Assembly (NCBI GenBank): GCA_032718475.1
Contig: JAUCBJ010002565.1
Location: forward strand, 1-48,669
DNA: 48,669 bases
Source: Nemertoderma westbladi
Lineage: Eukaryota > Animalia > Xenacoelomorpha
Direction: 5' to 3'
Position numbers and translations under genes: made by a program. Within the stretch, counting starts at the first letter, position 1; each line of letters opens with the position of its first letter. Below are positions 24,501 through 36,500 of this stretch, piece by piece. The notes beneath the pieces were generated by a model. It worked only from the letters and a program-made list of their open reading frames with translations. It made no database searches and was not told the DNA's origin.

Positions 24501-27500
24501 GTCTACTCAAAGAAGAGGGCATGCAAAAACTCAACTTCTCCGGCGGAGAACCATTTCTTTACCAGAAAGGGGAGTTTATGGGGGAGCTTATCATTTATGC
24601 TAAAGAGCAACTCGGAATGGAAAGTGTGAGTGTCGTTAGTAACGGGAGTTTGATATCCAGACGTTGGTTCGCAACTTACGGAAAGTATCTAGATATCCTG
24701 GCGATATCGTGCGATAGTTTCGATGAAGAGACCAACGTTTTAATAGGAAGAGGAAAAGGACGTCATATAAAACAGCTCCATAAAATACGCAGATGGTGCG
24801 AAGAATTTAAGGTTGCCTTTAAGATCAACACCGTGGTCAATATTTACAACTACGAAGAAAATATGGTGAAAGAAATCTTGGAGTTAAATCCCGTTCGTTG
24901 GAAGGTCTTCCAATGTTTGCTTCTCGATACGGAGAATACAGGAGAGGAGGCGATCCGAAACGCGGAGACATTCGTTGTTGCCAAGGAACAGTTCCGCGAG
25001 TTTCTCACTCGGCATGCGGAGTGTAAACAGCTGGTTCCCGAGGACAACGAGCATATGCTGAATAGTTACCTAATTGTGGACGAGTTCATGAGGTTCCTCA
25101 ACTGCCGAGGGAACACCAAGGTGCCGGGTAAGTCGTTACTCGATGTGGGGGTTGTTACTGCATTACAAGACTCAGGGTTCGACGAAATTATGTTCAAAAA
25201 AAGAGGAGGTAAATATGTCTGGACCAAAGAAAACATGAAACTACAGTGGTAGACTGGTAGATTAAATAATAATAAATGATTAGATGTTATTATGTAATTT
25301 TATCCGTTTTGTGTTAATGTTTAGTTTTACTTTAGTTAATTTCTGTAATTATTCCTATTTTATTGTTATGTTGTTACAGTAGGCCTACCGTATTATTGCT
25401 CTTTATGTGCCAGTAAGCAGAAACTGATGGTTACTGGTTACTGGTGTGTAACATTTTTCCATTTATAAAGTATAATATACTGTAGACATTTCAAATATAA
25501 ATAACCCAATGAAAGTACAGTAGTACCGCACCTATTTCGCTATTTGAAGGATCTTACTGTATATTACCAATTTATAATACGTCATGGTTTTATTTAATTT
25601 GTTTTTCTTACTTAATGTCAAATTAATAAAGCGTATTTCGTTGTTTTGATAAAAATGTTATCTGAATAAAATAGTCTAACAAATATATTTTATACCAAAA
25701 GTTCGAATGAGTACTGAAGGAAACCTCTTGTAAAGTAAAAGTAAATACCATCCTGTGTCTTCATGTCCTTCCATAACAGGGGATTTGATCCCCTTCACAT
25801 CCATGTCAGAATGATTTATTTTATTTATTCAACTACAAACTATTTAATTAAATCGATTTGTTTCATTCATAACTCCCCCGGATACTATGTATCAACTCAC
25901 TTCTGCACTGCCTCCTGGGCCTTTCCTTTCACCTCGGACCTCCTCCGCTCACAGTCTTCCACCTTCACTTCCATATGTCTCCACTGCTTCTCCAACTGTT
26001 CAATGCGTCTCTGACGTTCCTCCGCTTGTTTGCTCACCTCTTCCAGACGGACTGACTGTCGGGAACGCGCCCGTTCCATGTCCTCCAGCTTCCTAGCATC
26101 CTGTTCCAACCGCTGCACAGCCGTTACCACCTGTCGTTCCTTCGTCTTTAGGGCACCCTTCATTGCCTGAAATGTAAGTTTCCGCAAAATAGAAAAACAA
26201 CTTGACTAAATGAAAATAACATAGCCATACTTGATAATAGCCAATAGGGAATAAATATTATTTAAATGTTTTTCTGATGATTTGCGAATGGCGCTCTTCT
26301 ACTCCTGTCTGGAACACCAATGTGGATAGCAGCGGCAGATTGCGCCACTGAATTCCTATTCTATAATTTCCGTTAAGATTCACATACTGTATCATCTTGC
26401 ACTCACATGTAATTGGTCCACTAATTCTTGTCTTTGTCTGTCACTCTGCTTATAAGCCTGCTCCATATCAATTAATTGCTGCTGGGTTATCGATTTGGTC
26501 TCTTCCAACCCAATTCGCAACTGCGTAACTTCATTTTCTAAGATTCTTGCATCTTCTTTATGTTGTCGTTCTAGAAACAATAATTACATAGATCTTTAAT
26601 AACACTGGGTTTGTTTTCATATATATCCATACCATATTCAATCTTTAATCAAACCAATTAGTTAGTCTATAACATGATTATACAGTAGAATGCCACTTAA
26701 TTGAACAGTTTGTTTCTGATTAGGCGTGCGAATAGTGCTGATGTGGTCAGCAAAATCATTAGTAACCAATCATTAATGATTAATTTGTACTTTTTCCACT
26801 TGCTCAATAGAAGCTTTAATTATTATTTATATTGTTCGATATTGTCAATATTTCTTGTTCCATTTGTCAATAAACAACTACTCAGAACCCAGCAATATCA
26901 TAATTTAAACTCAATAACTTCCTATTAGTATCACTTTCTAGGCCTATATTTTTAACTTTTTCTCACGATCTCATTACTAACCTCTTTTACTAACTTCCTG
27001 CTCAACCTGATCAGCATATTCGTTAACCTTTCTTTTAAGTTTATTTCGCTCCTCATCTGCGCCAATAAGTTGCGTCTTTAACTCGCTAATGTTGCTAAGC
27101 AACATGTCTTTGCCACCTTCTGACTGATCAATTCTGAAAGAAAGCAGTTAATGCAAAAGAATGAATAGAATACATCGAAAGTTATTTCATTAGATTAGAT
27201 ACACACGTGGTACAGGGAGACAGCTGGGAAGGGAAATGGACGCAATACCATATCGGTGAATTAATATCCCACATCTCAATGTTAAATGATCTAATTTGCG
27301 AAAGGAGCAGTTTACAGTGGCATGCTTTTCTAACCAAAACAATAAACAGAAATCAATAGGTCAGGTTACAGTTTTATTTTGGGAGTAATCAGCTGTTATT
27401 TGGGTCGATTTCACCTGGAGAGGCATTACCAACCTTCTCTTCAATACCTCCATTTCCTCCTCTATGTCTTTCTTACTGGATTCAGTTTGAACCAACAACC

Positions 27501-30500
27501 GACGCAAACGTGTTAATTCTTCTATTTCAGTACCTAAAATCATTTAATGATTTTAAAAGAGCAGCAACATCAAACAAACATTGAAGCTACCGCTCACAGG
27601 AGCGACCAATCAGTACTCAGTACTATCAAGTACTATATCAGTACCAATCAGTACTATGTTTCATCATGAGATAGCTGTTGTAGCCTAGTTTATCAGCACA
27701 AGGGGTTGGGTTATGAGAACTTTTAGGACCTATTAGTTGGTAACAGATTTAGCATAATAAGATTAATTTAATTACAAAATTATTATCAAAAATAACCCAT
27801 AATAATATTTGAAATTATAAGTTAAGTGTAAAATATCGAAAAATACAAAAAAATCCACTCAAAAAAGCCATTTGCGCCCATTTTTTTTTGCATGATGGCC
27901 AGGGGCAAGTAACCCATTACAACCCCCCCCCCCCCCCCCCCCCCCACTACTCCCTATAGTACGCCTCTTCATGTGACCCACGCGCATCAACAAAAATAGG
28001 AGACAATAAATGCAAGTACAACAATTCGTAAGTAAGTTATCAAGGATTCATACAGTGTGTTTCGGATGTAGATCATCTAACCGTTAGTTGCTGTTCCTTC
28101 CACCACATCCATGGCCTGTTTTAATTCTTCGGATATCCTGGGCGACGGGGGGTGTCGGCTGACAGCAGCGGGTACCGAATGGCTAATAATCGGCTGGGCG
28201 GTCGGAAGGACGGCTGCGCCCATTGGAGGCAATGTATTGAGTCCGGGCTGGAGGAGTTGGGAAGGGATTTGTAGTCGCGGTGAGGGTTGCGGGAACTGAT
28301 CACTAAGGTGCGTCATCATAGTTGGAATCTAAAAAATATAATATAAAATACTGTAGTAAGTTGTGGTCGCCTCTGGTGTTTCGTGTTTCATAATAACTTT
28401 AATTTTACATGGGTAGGATTCAGATGATGATAATGCCGTAGACAGGGGGGGGGGGGGGGGGGGGGGGGGGTGAAACTGGACGCAAATCCTACCTTGGCGA
28501 ATTAATATCCCGCCACAATGTTAAATTGTCAATTTAGGAAAAAGAGCAGGTTACAGTGGTACGTTATTTTAACCAAAACAATAAACTAAACACAATAGAA
28601 CTTTATAAACTTGTTAATTTCAAACAAAGCAAATGCGTATCTGACTCGTAAGATCTGATTTGAATATTAATTAGGTTACGTGAGTACAGACTACCTCATG
28701 GATAGTTCTTTTTACAGAACAAAAGCGAACACACCCGAACACAATCCAAAAACTGCCGAAAACAATCGAACACAGTCGAAAATAGAAAGAACACAAAAAA
28801 TAACACCAGGTACCAACTTTTAGATAAAATTTGCCACGCGTTGCTTTTCTATAAGAAAATTTCCGAAATTAATGAATAAAATTGTCGCGAAATTAAATAT
28901 TCATTTCTTATCAGGTACGCTTATAATTTGTGGTGTACTGTATAATCAAACTATGTAGGGAAGCCTACCGGGTACCGTACCTGTCACATATATATAGTAC
29001 TAGCGGGTTAGCTACAGTAATAGGCTTGTTTGCCTATGTACTGGAATAGCTTGGCCTGGAACTGATTGCAGAGGATATGAATAAGGAAGTTAGGCCCGTT
29101 ACCGTACGTAATGTACATGATGTACGGTACAACACGTCGGTACAACATAGGTACCGGTACCGGTACCTACCTGCCTACTGCTGTACTGGAATATAAAGAG
29201 CTGGGTCCCGGTTAGGTACCTACCCTGGCAGGTACCGGTAGGGATCTCTGTCCCGGTGCTAACCACAAATAACTTAGGCCTACTACTATGTTAAATTATT
29301 AGTTGTCGGCTTAGGCTAGGCCTGATTTGATAAGAAATTAATATTTAATTTCGCGACAATTTTATTCGATAATTTCGGGATTTTTCTTATAGAAAAGCAA
29401 CGCGTGGCTAATTTTATCGAAAAGTTGGTAACCGGTGTTATTTTTTTGTGCTCTTTCTATTTTCGACTGTGTTCGTTGGTGTTCGGCAGTATTTGGAGTG
29501 TGTTCGGGTGTGTTCTACTGTGTTCTGTAAAAAGATCTATCCCTATCTCATTAAATGACATGTATCGTTCCCCTCCATGGATTAGCTATATTGTCATTTC
29601 CGTACTTGTTCTGCTCTACTTAATTGCCTACCAGACAGGTGTTTTACTTCACTTTCAGTAGCTCTCGCTTCGTCTCTCTGACGTATCAGTCTATCTTCCC
29701 CACACCAATATTAGGCTAACCTGAGACTCCATCGTGTCTGGGACGTACTCCCGGTTCCTGGTCCCCAACTCGCGCAACGCCTCCGCGAGGTTCGCCAATG
29801 TCCTCCGGTTCTCAGCGTCGGCTCGCGTTCGCAACTCCATCTCGCGATCCATATCATCTCCCAGACGACGTTGGTGACTCGATATATCTCGCAGCGATTG
29901 ATGCACTAAGTGGGTTGCCGGTATCTGTATTCGAGATATATATAGAATATCGATAAATACCCTCGTTAATAACATAGATGATACATACACACTAGCGAGA
30001 AAACAACTCCCACATCTCCTGCCAATTAGCAGTTGTGTCCAGACTCTCGCGACTGAGCTGCCCCATAGGATTGGATGGATTTCAAGAATGGTGATAATCA
30101 TAATAGGTTCCTAATGTTAATCGGGAAAAAGCAGGAACAAATCCTGGAAAGCCTATTCAACGCAGCACAGCCTTTCCCTTACATATTCCAAAGTTCCTGA
30201 CTTCCGGATCCATGGATCCCAGGTATCAGAAGTCGTCCAGATGCTCAAGCAAACCATCCTTTGAGCTTATGCTCATACGATCTGTCGAAATTAACTGTCA
30301 AATTTTGGTCTTCCTGGAGTTAACAAAAAGACCAACCAACACTAGAAACAGCCTGTTCTAATGAGCTGGGGAGCCGTTGGGCTCCTTCAAGTGATTCTGA
30401 GAGTATTCATAAGTCATCAGCAAAGTCTAGATCAGTTAGTTACTAAATCTCAAATTGCCAAATAATACAGATAGTTTTTTCAACCTCTATAGTAATACAT

Positions 30501-33500
30501 GACATTCACCCCAACCTAGCCCAAGCTGTAGAAACTGTAGTACTCACATAAACATGATTTTTTGTTCCCCAGTATTTGTAATAAAGGCAAACCACGTTTG
30601 GAAATGTAGTAAAGAGATGCTCGAGTTTCAAAACACCTCGTTCAGACAATTTAGATCCTCCTAGACCTAGATCATCCTTATTGATAATTATACTTATTGA
30701 CTATTGATACTTAATATCTTATACTGTATAAAGTTAAGCGGACAGAAAGTTTTTGTTTAGGGTTGTTGAGTCTACTTCTACGTCTAGGCCTACGTCTAGG
30801 TTTTGGGTTAGTTAGTCAGCTTGTTAGTATTTCTACTCACGTCTGTTTTGTATGAGGAGCTATCGGAAAGATTAACCATGGAGGTGGCCAGTCTGCGTTC
30901 AGGCCTCGGTCTAGTACTGCGGTCGTCTGCATCTCGGAAGCTTCTGCGGTCCAGGGAATTCTGTTAGTAAAACAGGTGAATATGATAGTTAGTTGACATG
31001 CACCGACAGGCAAGCTGCAGAATCATGCAGTGATGTACGTAAATATTGCCACGCATTAAAAAACACAAACCCAAATAAATAAAAATAAATGCGAACTGAG
31101 GAAGATTATCCTTCACCAATGCTGGTGAACAGACATTGCCTAGTTTAATGAGGCTACATGTTCATTTCAATTCCCCCGTATTTATTTATACCAGTTGCTA
31201 TGGGAACTACATTAGTTAGTGAAAGACTTTGTATCTCTAGCCTTAGTCGACTAATGAAAGATATAGTGGACCAGATCTTGGAGAAAATGGATTTGGTTGG
31301 GGATGGGTTTTGTTTACGGTATGGATAGTCCAAGGCGTCCTTTATAATCTGGTATAAAGGACGCCTTGGGATATCTACAATGATGGGTGCCCAGAAACGT
31401 TGAATTAATCTAAGACGAACCACGGCAGATGGGAACAGTCGGTTGATAAAGTGTCAAAGTGTCGATAAATGTATTTCAGTATTTTACGGTATTTTTAACA
31501 TTACGATAGCCATATACAGTATAAACAGTATACAGTATATTTGGGTACAATTAATTTACACAAAAGTGTACATTTCATTTACAAAAAAGTGTACATTTCA
31601 TTCACACAAAAGTGTACATTTCATTTACACAAAAGTGTACATTTCATTTACACAAAAGTGTACATTTCATTCACACAAAAGTGTACATTTCATTCACACA
31701 AAAGTGTACATTTCATTTACACAAAAGTGTACATTTCATTTACACAAAAGTGTACATTTCATTTACACAAAAGTGTACATTTCATTCACACAAAAGTGTA
31801 CATTTCATTTACACAAAAGTGTACATTTCATTTACACAAAAGTGTACATTTCATTCACACAAAAGTGTACATTTCATTTACACAAAAGTGTACATTTCAT
31901 TTACACAAAAGTGTACATTTCATTTACACAAAAGTGTACATTTCATTCACACAAAAGTGTACATTTCATTCACACAAAAGTGTACATTTCATTTACACAA
32001 AAGTGTACATTTCATTCACACAAAAGTGTACATTTCATTTACACAAAAGTGTACATTTCATTCACACAAAAGTGTACATTTCATTTACACAAAAGTGTAC
32101 ATTTCATTTACACAAAAGTGTACATTTCATGGCCACTTCTGATTTTTGCAATAAAATTTACAGTTACTGTAAAATACAAGTAAATCCAGCGGGGTTTAAA
32201 TATTGTTAATTCAGGATAATCATTTTGCTTAATATTTTTTTTAGAACGAACGACAATTGTAACATAATGAAATATTAAAACATAAATTAAATAGAAAATA
32301 ATACAAAATAATCTGAGTAATTAAAAGTAATTAGTAAATATGATTTCAAGATTATTTATCTTGGTATCATTGAATGATAATTGAAATCAAAAATCGACAT
32401 GGTCAAGTTAATAAAACTAGACTTTTTTTAGTAATAATCAATGGGTCACTAAGCCTCATCGCTTTAAGGGTTAAAAAATCTCTAAATTGGTTCGTAGGAA
32501 ATTATAAAAATCGTAAATTCATCACTCGTTATATTTGCTATATATAACCCAGAATAAGATAAATATTTTAAATATTGATATAGATGAGTGTAATATTGAG
32601 ATGTACTGTGATTTACCGGTACTTCGGAACCCTTTCATCGTAATCATTAGCCCGTATAGGTTGTTTTAATAATTGAAGGTCAATGACAGATAAATTATTT
32701 ATCGTAAGATTGCAATGCAATGTGCCGCTTATCTATAAGAAAACTACAAATAATATATGTTATATATATAAATTATTTACATACTTGTTTGAAACGTAAA
32801 GTAGTTATTTACAGTCAGTAGTGTGTTGATACCGAACCCAGTAAAGTACTATATGCTAGTATGTATGCTTATGCAGATTATTCCAATATATGAACATAAC
32901 GAAATTGCTTAATGCTATATTTTATTATTCTGCATATGAAACTTTTGCTATTTTATTTATTGAAGTAGCGCAATGTCTGTATACCTTACTTCGGTAGGCC
33001 CCACAAACCAAATATCAAATAACATGTACTATCAATGTTTCCATGGCTACCAGAAAAGGAGAATTAGTCACCAATTAGACACCAAACGACGTAGTATAAC
33101 ACCATTGTAAACGAAGCAGGACCTGGAACTTTATGGCCCCTATAAATTGCATTTTTGTTGGGAACTTATCGCCACTCTGTACTGAGTTTTTAGGAACCTA
33201 TCGCACCTGGATCTTTATCGCCCCCGAGTCTTTATCGCCCCTGGTCCTTTATCGCCCCTGACATTATAAAGGCTACATTCCCTAAACTCTCCCATACACT
33301 TCCTCTAAGTTACATATTTAAGTTAAAAGTTTACTGTTATATTTATACTCAAATAGTTTCTCTTAGAGGAGGCCTACAATTATAAATATTCATATTGAAT
33401 TTAGACTAAGCACAAGCAGACGCTAGGTCAAGTGGCAACAATCTGGGCTTTAATTTAGGATGTTCGATCCCTGAACGTCGCAGTACTGTTTGGGCACAGG

Positions 33501-36500
33501 GCTTCAAATGCTACAGACTAGCTCTACTCAGGTTTTCACCCTTTACTGGTCGATAAATGGAAACCATTTGAAAGTTTTGCTGAGGAAGATCACCCATGGT
33601 GGTGAACAGGCATTCCTTTAGGAAACAGAGTGGAAGGGTTTACTGGGGAAGATCACCCCTGGTGGTGAACAGGCATTCCTTTAGGAAACAGAGTGGAAGG
33701 GTTTACTGGGGAAGATCACCCATGGTGGTGAACAGGCATTCCTTTAGGAAACAGAGTGGAAGGGATTACTGGGGAAGATCACCCATGGTGGTGAACAGGC
33801 ATTCCTTTAGGAAACAGAGTGAAAGGGTTTACTGGGGAAGATCACCCATGGTGGTGAACAGACATTCACTGGTTTACTAAGCCTAAACGTTTATCCCATT
33901 CCAAATGCATATTTATTACAGTGGCGATAAGGTACCAGGGGCGATATGTACCCAAGGGGCGATAAAGGACCATTTGAGGGGCGATAAGTTCCCAGGGGGC
34001 TATAAGGTCCAGGGGCGGTGAAGGTGCAAGGGGCGATAACTGGATGTCAGTACAGGTACAAAAGCCACAGGGTGTCAGTACAGGTAAATTGGAATGAAAG
34101 ATAATGTAAAAGATTATATTATATAAAATAATTTAAATAAAATAAATTTAAAATTTATCATCTTTATCTTACTAATTATTCAAAAGCACTATTAGGTCAT
34201 ATTGATCTTTATCGCACTCTTGAAAAATTACTTAAATTCGTCGGATCTAACAGAGTGATATAAACATATCGAACTAAAAACTACAATGTTGAAAACTTTT
34301 AAGATCTTCGATAATACATGATAACATACAGACAGAGTATCTTACGTGAATATGGAATCAAGATAAATAATAACAATCCAAAACAATTTATATAAAAAAA
34401 ACCTATATAAATAGTCATTAGACTGGTCAAATGTATATATTAGTGCAATCTTATGTAGTCTGTTAGTTGTATTTCCGAATGTAGCAATATAAATTCGAAT
34501 GCAATAATAATAATACGAAGCAATGTGAATAAGATCATGTGGCTCAATTATTCGAATCAACACATACTTTAAAAGTAAGTATGTAATAAGGCTATGAATA
34601 ATGTTTTTATGGTAACATATCACTGGCACCTTTGCATTACACTTTGTAGCATTTACGTCTAGTAGTACAGTGCAGTTAGTACTTTTGCATCGAATATATT
34701 ATTATGCAAACTGTATGTGAAAAACGACAAACCACTGTGCAAAACATAAAGTTGAATTTACATTAACAATTATAAAAAACACCCAAAATGTAAAAACGTT
34801 ACTCAAATTTAACACCCACACAACTTGATATATAATTAACCCATGGAGTAAAATATTGAACTATTTCTTCTTGTGGTGTTTTGACTTTGTCTGAGTAAAC
34901 ATTCCAGAAAGCAGCTCGATTTTCTTCCCCTTATTACTTTCTACTTCATTACTCGTCTCTATTGAGTCTTCAAACATTGCACGCTTTTTACTATGAACAC
35001 CTCCGGCAGGCAGCGTAGTTTTTCTTGCTTTACTTTCCTTTGACGTAAGATTATTTTTCGGATCGGAATCACTCTTGGAACGCACAACATGAGGTATCTT
35101 TTTGCGATGCTTCAACTTCGATTTCGTATTTTTGTAAAGATTATCGCTGTTGGCCTCAGAAGCATCGTCAGTAGTTACAACTACCTCCTCACTTGCTTCA
35201 ATTACTCCGTCAACACTACCACGATGAGATATAAATTGCCAAAACTTTTGGTTTAAAGTCGGCGTTTTGTTCACGGCATCAGTGATAACAACAACCGGTT
35301 CAGTTGAGGTCTCGACTTCCTCAGACAAATCTTTGCTTTCAACCGATAAACGACTTTTCTTTTTAGACCTAAAACTATTTCTGGCTCGGTGAAGAAGGTT
35401 GTCTACTAGTCTCTGACCGCCAGACCGACGTTGAAATGATGGACGTTCATGAAGTGATTCGAGAGAAGCACTGACATCATCACTTGTTACTACTCGATCT
35501 TTATCAACTGGTTCCACAGTGATTTCATCCTTTTCAGGAAGATCATTGGTAATACGAGTCACATATGGATTTTTGTTTAACAATGATCGAGTTTCAGTAA
35601 GAACTACAATATCAGGGATAACAATACTTGAAGATGGTTTATGGGTTTTGGGTTCCTTTGAACCATTTACCACTGCCGAAGGATTACTGGAATTATTTAC
35701 CACAGAAGTATTATTAATCACGTTATCTGTAATTGGTTGTTTTACATTATCAGATGGCAGTTGCATTTCATCAGATAGATGTTGTATAATTTCAGTTGGA
35801 TTTTCTGAAGTATCCATTCTGATATCATTGGGAAGTTGACAAGGCGAGGAATTATGTATATCTTTTGAGATATCGCTAACATGTTTAGGTACTTCAGCTG
35901 TTTCGCTGGTAGCAATGACTTCCAGTGGGCATTGAATAGGCGGAGCATCAATAGCATCAGCAGTTAGTAAACTAGAAACGTTTTGATTAATTCCATCAGG
36001 GGCCTTTGGGGTCGGTTTTTCTGTAACAATAAGTTCCGGTGTTTTGGTAGTATCTATAACCTCTTTGATACTACCTGGTGCGACAGGAAGAATGTTTGGG
36101 ACAGGTTTACCGGCGTTTGGAATGGTGTTTTCTTCTGAAATCTGTAATATTTGCGGCGATGGGCTTGCTGGTCTTTTAGGACTTTTCAATCTCATAGTAG
36201 ATCGCTTTCTACTAATATCTGGTTCTGTTGCTCTTTGTGAATTCTTTAAAGGAAAACCCTTCCGAATATCATTAAGCAAACGATCCACAACGCAGTCATC
36301 TTCTCCTGGGGGTGGTATTACTATTTTGCTACCTCCCTTCCCACTTGCCATTTTTTTCTCCCTATCCGCTTTCAGCTTTGCAGCTCTTATTTCTGCTTTC
36401 TTTCTGGCAATGTTTTCATCCTTCGCTTTTTTAAAAAGTTCAATAAAGGTTGATAACATCTTAAGGAAATCCTCTATTTTGAAGGTTTCCACTGGCTCAA

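Noticed and set aside
24245-25252. Prokaryotic viperin or horizontal transfer
   Set aside because: The N-terminal amphipathic extension and C-terminal KLQW are animal-like, and the gene lies in a spliced eukaryotic locus.
27923-28470. Long poly-C/poly-G runs as G-quadruplex regulators
   Set aside because: Several lie within MITE termini, and homopolymer length is unreliable in assemblies.
31154-31423. 89-aa minus-strand ORF
   Set aside because: Non-ATG start, no recognisable domain and no need for it in the CEP128 model; possibly a decayed TE.
31443-32209. ORFs of 176-246 aa with HKSVHF repeats
   Set aside because: Translations of the 23-bp minisatellite in all frames.
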